DNA of 64,000 nucleotides from Bacteroidales bacterium. Its GTDB lineage: Bacteria; Bacteroidota; Bacteroidia; Bacteroidales; FEN-979. The translations under genes and the position numbers were made by a program. Location: positions 666-64,665 of the forward strand of contig JANXZO010000046.1 of the NCBI GenBank assembly GCA_025355465.1, read 5' to 3'. Shown piece after piece: positions 1 through 10,174 of this stretch. The notes under the pieces are model-generated. The model worked only from the letters and a program-made list of their open reading frames with translations, was not told the DNA's origin and ran no database searches. Each line of letters starts with the position of its first letter. Within the stretch, counting starts at the first letter, position 1.

Positions 1-1431
1 TAAATCAACAATAGTTTTCGCTTTCTCTGTTATCAAGTCCAGAACTGATTTTTCGGGAATAATGACTGGAATTTTCTTGATGTAATTGGCAGGGTTATTT
101 GCTGATGGATTAATGGTTCTTATCAATTTATTGCAAGTAGGAGAGTTTAAAAAAGCCAACAAGTAATACGTTAAACTTTCATTTTTCGGAAAGACGCCTA
201 CAATACTTTGGTCAAAAAGTTTGTTTTCAATCAAAGAGGCTGTTATGCTTGATGAACTAATCATTGGAACACCAATGCCAAATTTGAAGTAGTATTTTGG
301 ATTTTGATATCTTGATTTCTTGTCGGTTTTGTAATGCTGAACAGCTTCTCTGCTCCAATTCATAAACCAACTTTCAGGTTTTATATACTTGGTGTTTCCA
401 CCTTTTACGATGGGTAAGAAGTGTTTGCCTCCATCAATCCCGTTTAAAATGTCAGCATTGTTTTTGTAATCAGAGGAAACGGAATCAGGATTTACAAGGT
501 CGTAATTTTTGCCATTTTTCAGTTCGGGGCTTATTACCTGTAGGAATCTTTTATCATCTCCTGAATAGAAACCCGTAACACAATCCGCAATGTCTCCGAT
601 TTTTAGTTTAGCGTGATTTATCAGCTTAGATACGTTGCTGTTTTCAGCTATTAAAAATGCATGGTCCGGATTATTGAAAACATCTTCTTGTATAAAAGCA
701 TAGGTTTTAAGTTTACTGTCTTTTACGTTGTTAAGTTGTTCTACTTCATAAAAATTATTGATTACAGAAAACGTATTATTCACACACGATTTAAAATCGC
801 TTTTCTTTCTCAAAGTAATTATGGAAAGGTTTGCATAACCAAAATTGACTCCCGGAAAAAAAGAAGAAGGAAACAAAGCCAATTCTACAATTTGTGTATT
901 TGTGAAAATGTGTTTTCTCAAAGCCTTGTGCATATGCAGATTGAGAAATGTGTCAGGAATGATAAAACTTAAAATCCCATCTTCTTTGAGTAATTGAATA
1001 CAGCGATATAAAAACAATCCGTAGCTTTCTTTTGCATATAAATCAGGATATATTTTTTTTAGAATGGTCCTTTTTGAATAGTCTTGCCAAGCCCCATAAG
1101 GTGGATTGGCAATAATTTTGTCGTAATAACCTCCAAAGCAAGAATTAAAATCCAAATCAGAATCTAATAAAGTATCGCATTCACGAATATTTACATTAAG
1201 AAAATGCGAAAATTTTTCATTTAAGACGTCAATAGATTTTGAGTTTAATTCGCAAATATCAATGTGGGCAAATTCATTTTCATTTAGAATTGCTTCTACA
1301 AAAACACCATCACCACCACATGGTTCAAAAATTTTATCGATAGGTTTTATCGATAACTTTGAAACCATATAGTCAACGATTGGAGTTGATTTGGTATAAA
1401 ATGCTTGATATTTTTTTGCTTCGCTTATCAT
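1..1431 (-). CDS. N6-adenine DNA methyltransferase, gamma class (TaqI/Eco57I-like); 3' end lies beyond the window
   Basis: Not in the ORF track because it has no stop in the window. My manual translation from ATG 1431, which overlaps the TAA of the upstream gene, reads MISEAKKYQAFYTKSTPIVDYMV...IFEPCGGDGVF (motif I)...KIIANPPYG (motif IV)...ILSFIIPDTFL. The frame is open to position 1. Confidence 0.9.
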   Translation of the reverse strand, partial: MISEAKKYQAFYTKSTPIVDYMVSKLSIKPIDKIFEPCGGDGVFVEAILNENEFAHIDICELNSKSIDVLNEKFSHFLNVNIRECDTLLDSDLDFNSCFGGYYDKIIANPPYGAWQDYSKRTILKKIYPDLYAKESYGLFLYRCIQLLKEDGILSFIIPDTFLNLHMHKALRKHIFTNTQIVELALFPSSFFPGVNFGYANLSIITLRKKSDFKSCVNNTFSVINNFYEVEQLNNVKDSKLKTYAFIQEDVFNNPDHAFLIAENSNVSKLINHAKLKIGDIADCVTGFYSGDDKRFLQVISPELKNGKNYDLVNPDSVSSDYKNNADILNGIDGGKHFLPIVKGGNTKYIKPESWFMNWSREAVQHYKTDKKSRYQNPKYYFKFGIGVPMISSSSITASLIENKLFDQSIVGVFPKNESLTYYLLAFLNSPTCNKLIRTINPSANNPANYIKKIPVIIPEKSVLDLITEKAKTIVDL

Positions 1432-2345
1432 TACCAAAGTAAATATTGTAAAAGGTGGTTGTCTGTCAAATGCTGTGTAGTTTCGGAATTGAAGTCATTC
1501 TCCCAATCAATGTTGGTTTCAATCCAATTTTTCAAATTATAGCCTGAATGTTCGGTGATTTTCTGATATGCTTCACTACCACAATATGCCTCCCAAATAC
1601 CTGAGTTTTTGAGAGTATTGAAATAGCTGTTGTTTTCTTCAGCTCTTACAAAAAGCAAGCATTTGAAATTGTCATCAAGGTTTTGGTAAATGGTTGCTAC
1701 CAATAAAAGTCGATTTGTATTTCCTTTTTCGTTTGAACCAAATCCACTTTTGAAATCAACGACATATTTCTGCTCCTTGGAAATGAAATGTAAATCCAAC
1801 TCCAATTGAATTTCTCCGGACGTTACCAAACTCCAAACCGTATCGTAGTATGATTTTAGTTCTTGTTTTTCTTTGTCCGAAATGTTAAGATTGTTAATGT
1901 ATTCAATAATTTCATCTGTGAGTTTCTTTTTCACTTCCGAGAATAAGGGCGGAACAAACAAGGAAACATCATGGATTGGATAGTAGAAACAGAGTTTGCA
2001 AAATGGGTCCCACAATTCACCAACTCTTCGTGAAAAGTCCATATATTCATAGGGTCTTACAGAATTTCGGCTTTCAATCATTACCGCAATATGGCAATAG
2101 GTAATCATCAGAATTGTTTCTAACTTCTCTTGATTAGTCCATTTTTCTTTCTCCGATTTTTGGAGTAGTGTAGCAATAAGGTTGTCCTTAGTTTGGTTTA
2201 ACTTTTCATTTATTGCTCTTGCTCTCTTGTCTGATTGAGTGTCAGCAAACTTTGTCATAACATCAGTTAAAAACTCACTTGCCCGGGCTCTGAAGTAAGC
2301 CAAAAGCTCTTGTTTCTTGTGTTTTGTATTTTTGTCTATATTCAT
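1431..2345 (-). CDS. Putative type II restriction endonuclease (PD-(D/E)xK-like)
   Basis: 304 aa, AT-rich, with ELDLHF...VDFKSG resembling D-x(n)-D-x-K. It sits between an XRE controller gene and the MTase gene and overlaps both. Confidence 0.65.
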   Translation of the reverse strand: MNIDKNTKHKKQELLAYFRARASEFLTDVMTKFADTQSDKRARAINEKLNQTKDNLIATLLQKSEKEKWTNQEKLETILMITYCHIAVMIESRNSVRPYEYMDFSRRVGELWDPFCKLCFYYPIHDVSLFVPPLFSEVKKKLTDEIIEYINNLNISDKEKQELKSYYDTVWSLVTSGEIQLELDLHFISKEQKYVVDFKSGFGSNEKGNTNRLLLVATIYQNLDDNFKCLLFVRAEENNSYFNTLKNSGIWEAYCGSEAYQKITEHSGYNLKNWIETNIDWENDFNSETTQHLTDNHLLQYLLW

Positions 2346-2662
2346 TTGCTGATTACTCGTTGTTGATATTTAATTCTTGCTTCGGCTGCTTTCAAAATCT
2401 CAAGTCCGTTTTCTTCGTCTTGAAGTTGGTATGTTATCTTGTCGCTCAAATAGCGAACTTTTAATTCTGATTTGTCGATATGAAAAATTCTTGAAATGCC
2501 GTCAATGATTTGTTCGTTGGCATTTCTTTCGTTCTTCTCAATTTTGCTCAGTGTCGAGGTGTCAATGTCCAACTCTGCTGCAACCTTTCTTAATGGTAGG
2601 TTTGAATTTCCTCTGAGCGTTCTGATATACTCTCCAAATGTTATGTTGTCTGTTTTTGACAT
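2342..2662 (-). CDS. XRE-family HTH regulator (R-M controller-like)
   Basis: FGEYIRTLR...LRKVAAELDIDTSTLSKIEKNER is an HTH_3 signature. I placed the start at ATG 2662, downstream of a TAACTTTG box. Confidence 0.85.
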   Translation of the reverse strand: MSKTDNITFGEYIRTLRGNSNLPLRKVAAELDIDTSTLSKIEKNERNANEQIIDGISRIFHIDKSELKVRYLSDKITYQLQDEENGLEILKAAEARIKYQQRVISK

Positions 2663-2693
2663 ATTTCGCCTTGGCATATTTTGTCCAAAGTTA
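2656..2693 (-). promoter_or_regulatory. Bacteroidota -7 box with adjacent putative operator repeats
   Basis: Minus-strand TAACTTTG (2693-2686). On the plus strand, TTGACATATTT (2656-2666) and TTGGCATATTT (2671-2681) form a direct repeat, and TTGGCA-TATTT-TGTCCAA is an imperfect palindrome. Confidence 0.5.
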
Positions 2694-2794
2694 AAAAATA
2701 TTTTTTTACGGGTCAATTTGTATCAACTTTTTTTCGCAAAAGGTGGCTGTGTTGTAAATTTTTTAAATTTGTATAATAAACCAAACAAAAAAAC

Positions 2795-3523
2795 ATGAAA
2801 AAGATCTTTACATTACTCACGTTGGCCGGTCTGCTTTTTGCCGGCACAGCCCTGTCACAGAGCCGGCTCTCTTTCGGCCTGGCAGGATCCTTCCTCACCT
2901 CTGGCATCACCAACCAGAACAACTACGGATTGCCATTTGAAATGGATTATGCCATCACCTTAGGTGGTGCCGGAAACCTTCATATGGAATATGATTTTAA
3001 TAAACATCTTGGCCTTGTTCTGCAGGTTGGATACACAAACCTCGGACAGAATTACACGGATGTTTACATGGACACCAACTACATAAGGCGTATCCAGCTG
3101 AACTATCTGACCATCCCCCTGATGTTCAAGTTCAGGACCGGAGGCGAAGTGGCCCGTTTCTTTGTAATGGCCGGTCCGCAGATCAGCTACCTGCTTTCAG
3201 CCACCCAGGTTTATTACAAACAGGACCTTGCCTATAATAAGGAGGCATGGAATGATATTACCAAACATTGGGTGAAAATTGGCTCATCCACCATTACCGA
3301 CCGTTACAACAGCATTGATGTGTCGGCAAGGATCGATCTCGGCGTAGAAATCTCCATCATCAAGAATCTCTGGATCAACGGCGGTATTACCATGGGATAC
3401 GGATTCCTCGACATCAATGCTTCCGACTGGCGGATCCCCGATAATTCCAGCAATACATACAATCCGTCGCACAATCTTTTCGGTGGGTTCAACGTAGGGA
3501 TCAATTATTGTTTCCAGCCGTAG
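2795..3523 (+). CDS. Outer-membrane beta-barrel protein (PorT/porin family)
   Basis: Signal peptide, LNYLTIPLMFKF and FFVMAGPQISYLL strands typical of Bacteroidota OMP barrels, and an aromatic C-terminal strand. TAAATTTG box at 2764-2771. Confidence 0.8.
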   Translation: MKKIFTLLTLAGLLFAGTALSQSRLSFGLAGSFLTSGITNQNNYGLPFEMDYAITLGGAGNLHMEYDFNKHLGLVLQVGYTNLGQNYTDVYMDTNYIRRIQLNYLTIPLMFKFRTGGEVARFFVMAGPQISYLLSATQVYYKQDLAYNKEAWNDITKHWVKIGSSTITDRYNSIDVSARIDLGVEISIIKNLWINGGITMGYGFLDINASDWRIPDNSSNTYNPSHNLFGGFNVGINYCFQP

Positions 3524-3551
3524 GAATCGACACCCAGATAATTTACTCCCC

Positions 3552-3941
3552 ATGAAAAAATTCAAGAAGATCCTCTGGATCATGGTCGTAGGCTTCCTGG
3601 TTATTCTGGCCATTTTCATTTACTGGAAGTTTTACTTTACTTACAGTGAAGGGTCGAGGGCCGGGCTTTTGCAGAAGTTCTCCTACAAAGGGAATGTCAT
3701 TAAAACCTACGAAGGCGAGCTGATCATGAGCAGTATCGAAAGCACGAAAAGCGCGACGATCGCCTCAGAAAAATTCTATTTTTCGGTAGCTGAAAAGACT
3801 ATTGCCGATCAGCTGATGCAGCTTGAAGGAGTTTATGTGATTCTGCAGTACAAAGAGAAACACGGTATTCTCTTCTGGCGGGGAGAGACCCGGTATATTG
3901 TCGACGGAATTTCCACGCGCGACTCAGGACCGGCCAAGTAG
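3552..3941 (+). CDS. Conserved small single-pass membrane protein of unknown function
   Basis: N-terminal TM helix followed by YSEGSRAGLLQKFSYKG..KTYEGEL, a motif I recognise from a Bacteroidota family often mislabelled as 6-phosphogluconate dehydrogenase. Confidence 0.7.
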   Translation: MKKFKKILWIMVVGFLVILAIFIYWKFYFTYSEGSRAGLLQKFSYKGNVIKTYEGELIMSSIESTKSATIASEKFYFSVAEKTIADQLMQLEGVYVILQYKEKHGILFWRGETRYIVDGISTRDSGPAK

Positions 3942-3986
3942 CAGCGGTTGCATGGGTCGAGGCCAATGACACGGAGCTGCCAATCT

Positions 3987-4461
3987 TTACTCCGGCAACC
4001 GTCCCTGCATCTGGCGGTCGACCATCCAGGCCGCGCAGGGTCTCTTCCAGCGGAGTAACAGGGTCTACGCCATGGATGTAGAGCAGGTCGGCGTATTCGA
4101 TCTCCAGCCGTTTGAGGCTCTCATCCACCGAGTCGAGGATGTGCATCCGCGATAATCCAACCTGGTTGGCGCCGCTTCCCATGCGTCCGCGCACCTTGGT
4201 GGCGATCACCACCTGCTGCCGGTGGATGCCCAGCTCCCGGAGCGCTTTTCCCAGCATGATCTCCGACAGGCCGTCGGAATAGACGTTGGCTGTATCGATA
4301 AAGTTGATGCCTTTCTCCAACGCAATCTTTACCAGGGAGGTGACCTCTTCCTGGGGTAGCTGACCGATGGCGGTCCAGAAGCCTTTTCCCCCGAAAGTCA
4401 TCGCTCCGAGGCAGAGTTCCGAAACCAGAACCCCCGTCGTTCCAAGCAGGTTGTATTTCAT
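3987..4461 (-). pseudogene. Aldo/keto reductase with an internal deletion and frameshift
   Basis: The first ~146 aa are a clear AKR (LCLGAMTFG, NFIDTANVYS, VIATKV, SLKRL, DLLYIH). At ~4028 the sequence jumps to an AKR-like C-terminus in another frame (WMVDRQMQGRLPE*, TAA 3989-3987). Confidence 0.8.
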
Positions 4462-4595
4462 ATAATTTTGATTCAGTTTAAATAAAAGGTCTTTGCAAAG
4501 ATACCGGTTTCCCTCAATGAAAGCAAAATCGCAGGGAGAAAAAGATCAAAAAAATTAGTATTTTTACGGTTCGGTATCCCAAAACTTCCTGAACC

Positions 4596-5810
4596 ATGAA
4601 AAAGATCGCTGCCCTTACAACTCTCGGATTGCTGGTTTCCCTCGGATTATTTTCCCAGGATTTAGCCCAGTGGCGCGGACCACACCGCGATGGTATTTAC
4701 GATGAAACCTCATTACTTAAAACTTGGCCAGAGGGTGGTCCGCAGCTGTTGTGGCATTTTGAAGGCCTTGGTCCGGGTCACGCTTCCGCTGCAGTTTACA
4801 AAGAGAGGATCTTTACCACAGGAACGATTGATGGGATCGGCTACCTTTTCAATTTCGACATGGCCGGTAAACTGCTATGGAAAATACCTTACGGGGAGGA
4901 GTGGACCGAGAGCTATGCGGGAGGGCGCAGTACACCCCTGGTTACCGATGGTAAAGTTTATCTGTTGAGCGGTTTTGGAAAACTGGTTTGCCGCAGCGCC
5001 GACAACGGCGACCTTCGGTGGACAATCGACGTGTTAAAGGATTACCAGGGGCCGAACATCAAATGGGGAGTGACGGAAAACCTGCTGATTGACGGGAACA
5101 AGCTGTTTTGTACTGTTGGCGGCCCCGAACACAATGTTATCGCACTCGACAAGAATACCGGAAAGCTTATCTGGACCAGCAAAGGGAAGGGAGAGGAGAG
5201 TGCCTACTGCTCCCCGATGATCATCACCCTTGGAAACCGAAAGATTTTCGTCACCCAGACGGCTAGTTCTATCCTGGGGCTGGATGCGCAGAGCGGCGCC
5301 CTTTTATGGAGTCATCCCCAGCCCAACAAATGGTCGGTACATGCCAACACCCCGGTATTTCGCGACGGATATCTCTATTGTCAGTCGGGCTATCAGCAGG
5401 GTGGGGTGATGCTTAAGGTATCGGATGATGGTGCCAGTGTGCAAGAAGTATGGCGGGCCAACTTAATGGACAACCGCATGGGCGGTTTCGTGGTGTTGAA
5501 CGGCAAGCTCTTCGGTTCTGACGACTCCGGCAAATTGTGGTATTGCGTTGACTGGAAGACCGGCACCAACATGTTTTCGGAAAAGATCACCGGCCGCGGA
5601 AGTATCATCAGCGCCGACGGGATGCTGTATCTCTACGGCGAGAACGGTGAAATTGTGCTTGCACAGCCTGAGGCAAACAGTTTTAAAAAGGTCAGCGCAT
5701 TTAAAGTATCCTACGGTGCAGATCAGCACTGGGCGCACCTTGTAGTTGTTAATGGCAAGCTTTTCGTGAGGCATGGAACTTCGCTGATGGTTTACGACCT
5801 GCAAAAATAG
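4596..5810 (+). CDS. Secreted PQQ-binding-like beta-propeller protein 1
   Basis: Signal peptide, QWRGPHRDG, and repeated G-x-L-x-W propeller motifs. Confidence 0.85.
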   Translation: MKKIAALTTLGLLVSLGLFSQDLAQWRGPHRDGIYDETSLLKTWPEGGPQLLWHFEGLGPGHASAAVYKERIFTTGTIDGIGYLFNFDMAGKLLWKIPYGEEWTESYAGGRSTPLVTDGKVYLLSGFGKLVCRSADNGDLRWTIDVLKDYQGPNIKWGVTENLLIDGNKLFCTVGGPEHNVIALDKNTGKLIWTSKGKGEESAYCSPMIITLGNRKIFVTQTASSILGLDAQSGALLWSHPQPNKWSVHANTPVFRDGYLYCQSGYQQGGVMLKVSDDGASVQEVWRANLMDNRMGGFVVLNGKLFGSDDSGKLWYCVDWKTGTNMFSEKITGRGSIISADGMLYLYGENGEIVLAQPEANSFKKVSAFKVSYGADQHWAHLVVVNGKLFVRHGTSLMVYDLQK

Positions 5811-5847
5811 CATCCCTCTTTTGAACCCGGATCCAGAAATTGTTGTT

Positions 5848-7122
5848 ATGAATTCCAACATCTTCCTTAGCTGTTTCATGGTCATGGTGGCCCTTCACCA
5901 GGTTTTACCGGCACAGCAAATTGCCCAGTGGCGTGGTCCTGATCGAAGCGGTGTATATCCGGATACCGGCTTGTTGAAATCATGGCCTGCCGGAGGTCCT
6001 GTCATGCTATGGTCGGCAACCGGAGCCGGAAAAGGGCACTCTTCGGTGGTGGTTTACGACAAGCAGGTTTATGTTACCGGGATGAAAGATTCCACAGATT
6101 ATCTCTCCGCTTTTGACCTGAACGGCAAACTGCTATGGCAGGTTCCATTCGGTCCTTCGTGGAGGAATTCCTTTCCCGATACACGCTGCACGCCAACTGT
6201 TGAAAACGATCAGATCTACCTTGTCAGCGGAAGCGGGACGGTTGGGTGTTACAGCACAAAAGACGGAAGTACGCTTTGGCAATTCGACGGGATAAAGCGG
6301 TACGACGGGAAGTTTGGTGAATGGGGGGTTTGCGAATCGCTGCTGATCCTGGATGAGAAGTTGTTTTATACCCCGGGTGGCCCGAATACGACGGTGGTGG
6401 CCCTGGATAAGAACACAGGACAAACGATCTGGACTTCGGAAAGCCTCGCCGACACCAGCGCCTACGTCTCCCCGTTACTGGTAAGGTGGGGAAATAACCG
6501 GATTGTGGTCACCCTGCTATCAAACTATCTGGTGGGGGTGGATGCCGACAATGGAAAGATCCACTGGAAATTTAAATATTCGGCGTTATCTCCCGAAGCG
6601 GGATACAAAATATGGCCAGGAGCGCCCCAGACCAATGCGATCACGCCGTTGTTCAGGGACGGGAACCTTTACATCACGGGTGGTTACAACCATGTTGGTG
6701 CAATGTTCAGGTTAACGGAGGATGGCACAGGGCTTCAGCAGGCATGGACCGATACTACGCTGGATTGCCATCACGGCGGGGTGGTTGAAATCGATGGCGC
6801 TATATATGGTTCAGGATGGCTGGACAATGCCCGCGGAAATTGGTGTTCGGTCGACTGGAAAACCGGTAAGCCCAATTATTCTGAAAAATGGTTTACGAAA
6901 GGATCGATAATTTCGGCAGACGGCAAGTTGTATTGTTATGAGGAGAAAAACGGAAATCTGGGCCTCGTGAAGGCTAACCCGTCTAAATTTGAGCTGATCA
7001 GTACCTTTAGAATTCCCTTGGGAAAAGGTCCGCACTGGTCCCATCCCTCCATCTTTGGGGGAATACTTTACATACGCCATGGAGATGCCGTAATGGCTTA
7101 CGATCTCCGGGAAAAGAATTAG
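5848..7122 (+). CDS. Secreted PQQ-binding-like beta-propeller protein 2
   Basis: QWRGPDRSG and repeated ALDKNTGQTIW-type motifs; paralogue of its neighbours. I preferred ATG 5848 to TTG 5821. Confidence 0.85.
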   Translation: MNSNIFLSCFMVMVALHQVLPAQQIAQWRGPDRSGVYPDTGLLKSWPAGGPVMLWSATGAGKGHSSVVVYDKQVYVTGMKDSTDYLSAFDLNGKLLWQVPFGPSWRNSFPDTRCTPTVENDQIYLVSGSGTVGCYSTKDGSTLWQFDGIKRYDGKFGEWGVCESLLILDEKLFYTPGGPNTTVVALDKNTGQTIWTSESLADTSAYVSPLLVRWGNNRIVVTLLSNYLVGVDADNGKIHWKFKYSALSPEAGYKIWPGAPQTNAITPLFRDGNLYITGGYNHVGAMFRLTEDGTGLQQAWTDTTLDCHHGGVVEIDGAIYGSGWLDNARGNWCSVDWKTGKPNYSEKWFTKGSIISADGKLYCYEEKNGNLGLVKANPSKFELISTFRIPLGKGPHWSHPSIFGGILYIRHGDAVMAYDLREKN

Positions 7123-7155
7123 GGGACATTTTTACCATTATCATATCCTGCAGAG

Positions 7156-8370
7156 ATGAAGAAGTTCATTTTACTTTCCGTTTTTATGATGGTCTCTGTT
7201 TCGCTTTTGGCGCAAACCATCGACCAGTGGCGCGGCCCCAAACGCGACGGCCTGTACAACGAAACCAACCTGCTGAAGCAGTGGCCTCCCGAAGGGCCGA
7301 AACTGCTCTGGAAAGCCGACAGCGTGGGTAACGGCTTTTCCTCGCCAATCATCACCGCCGAGCGGATCTACCTGCCGGGAGAGAAGGACAGCACGGGATA
7401 TATCTTTGCCTTCGACCGGAGCGGAAAGTTGCTCTGGAAGGCCGACATGGGCCCCGAGTGGACCGTCAACTTTCCGGGTCCCCGCTGCACACCTGCCGTG
7501 GTTGGCGACCTGCTGTACTACCTTTCCAGCATGGGGAAGCTTCACTGCCTGGATGCCAGGACCGGTGCCACAAAATGGAGTACCGACTATATCAAAGATC
7601 TTCACGGCGTGAACCTACGTTTCGGGTACACTGAATCGCCGCTGATTGAAGGTGACCGGATCTACTGCTCCCCGGGAGGCCCCGACACCAATGTGGTTGC
7701 CCTCAACCGGTTCGACGGCAAGCTGATCTGGAAGTCGAAGGCCATGGGTGATTCCTCCGCCTACTGCTCACCGGTACTTGTTCAGCTTCCCGGCCGCACG
7801 GTCTTTGTCAACCTGACCATTCATCATCTGATCGGGCTTGACGCGGCAACCGGTGAGCTGCTCTGGAGTTACAAAACGGAGCGCTGGCCCAACGACATCC
7901 ATTGCAATGTGCCGTTGTTTGAAAACGGCAATATCTATCTCAACGACCGGGGTGGCAACGGATTTGTGAAGCTGCAGCTGGCTGCCGACGGGAAGAGCGT
8001 GACCGAGACCTGGCGCAATTTCAAGGCCGGGAATATTCAGGGGGGCTTCATCAGGCTGGGCGATTACCTATACGGTTCACGCTACCGTCCCTCCCGTTTT
8101 GAGACGCTGTCGGCTGCCAGCGGAGAGGTTGTTGATTCGCTTAAATTCAGCCATGGCAGTACCATTTACGCCGACGGACTGCTTTACTGTTACTCCGAGC
8201 AGGGAGCGGTGGGGCTGATCAAACCCGACAACGGCAAGTCGGAACTGATCTCCTCCTTTAAAATTACCGAAGGAACCCTGGAACATTTTGCCCACCCGGT
8301 GATCCGCGATGGCGTTTTGTACATTCGCCACGGAAAGGTTTTGCTGGCTTATGACATCCGGCGGAGATAG
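7156..8370 (+). CDS. Secreted PQQ-binding-like beta-propeller protein 3
   Basis: Signal peptide, QWRGPKRDG and LDARTGATKW repeats. The C-terminal AHPVI..LYIRHG motif is shared with paralogues 1 and 2. Confidence 0.85.
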   Translation: MKKFILLSVFMMVSVSLLAQTIDQWRGPKRDGLYNETNLLKQWPPEGPKLLWKADSVGNGFSSPIITAERIYLPGEKDSTGYIFAFDRSGKLLWKADMGPEWTVNFPGPRCTPAVVGDLLYYLSSMGKLHCLDARTGATKWSTDYIKDLHGVNLRFGYTESPLIEGDRIYCSPGGPDTNVVALNRFDGKLIWKSKAMGDSSAYCSPVLVQLPGRTVFVNLTIHHLIGLDAATGELLWSYKTERWPNDIHCNVPLFENGNIYLNDRGGNGFVKLQLAADGKSVTETWRNFKAGNIQGGFIRLGDYLYGSRYRPSRFETLSAASGEVVDSLKFSHGSTIYADGLLYCYSEQGAVGLIKPDNGKSELISSFKITEGTLEHFAHPVIRDGVLYIRHGKVLLAYDIRRR

Positions 8371-8459
8371 AAGTACCCCCAAAGAACCAATTTTACCACA
8401 CATCATCAGAATGTTGATAAGAAATTAACCTTATTCAAGGTTGATACAACAAACTTTAT

Positions 8460-8480
8460 TATTTTTGACACGATTGTCAA
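8460..8480 (+). promoter_or_regulatory. -7 promoter box overlapped by a perfect inverted repeat (putative autoregulatory operator)
   Basis: TATTTTTG (8460-8467) overlaps TTGACA-CGAT-TGTCAA (8465-8480), which ends 15 nt before the XRE start. Confidence 0.6.
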
Positions 8481-8495
8481 GAAATACAATTCAAG

Positions 8496-8810
8496 ATGAA
8501 AACAGAAAATTTAGGTGATTATATTAGACAGCTACGAGAACAGGAAGAAATGCCACTACGCAAACTTGCTGCATTGCTCGATATTGACCAAAGCACACTA
8601 AGTAAATTGGAACGCGGAGCGCGACCAGTAAGCCGACAAATGTTACCAATCATTGCAAAGACTTTTAAAGTGGACGAAAAAGAACTTGTCATAAAGTTCA
8701 TGAGCAAACAAGTGGCTTATCAACTGGCAGACGAAAAATACGCTAAAGACATTTTGATTGCAGCAGAGGAAGAAATACAATACCTAACCAAAAAGAACGG
8801 TAGGAAGTAA
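8496..8810 (+). CDS. XRE-family HTH regulator (R-M controller-like)
   Basis: LGDYIRQLRE..LRKLAALLDIDQSTLSKLERG; homologous to 2342-2662. Its stop overlaps the start of the Res gene. Confidence 0.85.
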   Translation: MKTENLGDYIRQLREQEEMPLRKLAALLDIDQSTLSKLERGARPVSRQMLPIIAKTFKVDEKELVIKFMSKQVAYQLADEKYAKDILIAAEEEIQYLTKKNGRK

Positions 8811-10174
8811 TGGAGTTACAATTAGAAAATTTAAAATATCAGGACACCGCTATTCAGGCAGTCATTAAGGTGTTTGACGGAACAGAGAAAAACACTTTTG
8901 ACAATGCTTGCACTGAGGGTATACGTTCAAATGTTTGTAAACTAATCGCTTCGCAGTTAGCCGACAATATTAAAGCTATTGCAAAAGAAAACGGCCTTGA
9001 CGAAGAAACGGCAAAGTATTCAGCCGATAACGATCTCTGCATTGAAATGGAAACGGGAACAGGTAAAACACTTGTTTACATAAAAACCATTTACGAGTTA
9101 TACAAACACTACGCTTTTACAAAATTCATCATACTTGTTCCGTCAATTGCAATTAGACAAGGAACTTTAGGCACTTTCAAAACATTTGAAAAGCAATTAG
9201 CTACTATTTACGGCTTTACAGTTTCGGCTTTTGACTATGACAGCAAGAAGCTGAACAAAGTAACCAATTTCATTGAAGAACAGTATCCGCGGGTTATGAT
9301 TATGACAACTGGTGCATTTTCTTCTGACGACAGAATTTTAAACCGAACCCAAAGAGAAGATTTGTTTAATAATTTGCCATACATTGACGCAATTGCAAAA
9401 GTGCGACCAATCATTTTTATGGACGAGCCACAGGAAGGAATGGACAGCGACAATATGGTGGAACGTTTAAAAACGCTGTCAGCAGAGGAAAGAAAAGAAC
9501 GTTACAGTGAAAAAGCAGGCCAATCTGTTTGGGACTATAATAAAACAGAAGGAACAGACCATAAATTTATATTGATACAAATTCCTGAAGCTACGGACGA
9601 GAATAGTGAAGCTTATAAAGCGGGTTACAAAAAGATCAGCGACATCACCATTGAACGAAATAAACGAGTGGTTGGAAAACTCATTGAAGAAAAGAAAAAG
9701 CAACAACCAGACCTGTTTACCAACGGACACAAAGCCGATGCAATAAATGGTTTAGGCTTTAAAGTTTTCAAATTGGTAAAATCAAATTTCCCAAGAGTTG
9801 AATGGGCTCCCGATATTGAGAAAACAGACGAAGAAAATATTGCAACCCTGAAAAAATACATTGCCGACAAAGAAGCCCAATTGGTTACAGCATTCAACCG
9901 AAACGAATTGCTGACAGAGATTTTATTAAAAAGCGGTTTTCAACTAAACTACAAGGCCGACAAACAAGACCAGTTTACAAAAAACGAAATTTTATTAGCG
10001 ACAGACGGATTAAAAGAAACCTTAATTTGTTTAGATGTAGCAATTGATGCCGACACAGTAGAGCATTTCAAAAAGCACACAGACAAAAAATTCATTTGCC
10101 TTGAACGAGCCTTGGATACTACAAAGAAATACAACCTGAAGCACTATTTAGGTGATAAGTTTAATGTGTTTTAG
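8810..10174 (+). pseudogene. In-frame chimera of a type III R-M Res N-terminus and a Mod C-terminus (deletion remnant)
   Basis: aa 1-~223 carry Res helicase motifs (IEMETGTGKT, IILVPSIAIRQG, MDEPQ). From ~aa 236 the protein reads as a Mod tail (KFILIQIPE..YKAGYKKISDITIER..GFKVFKL). The later helicase motifs, the nuclease domain, DPPY and FAGSG are absent. Noticeably AT-rich relative to the flanks. Confidence 0.8.

Noticed and set aside
661-972. 103-aa plus-strand ORF
   Set aside because: It is antisense to the methyltransferase frame, which has clear motifs.
3799-3986. C-terminal extension of the AKR ORF overlapping 3552-3941
   Set aside because: This is out-of-frame read-through after the deletion, not real AKR sequence.
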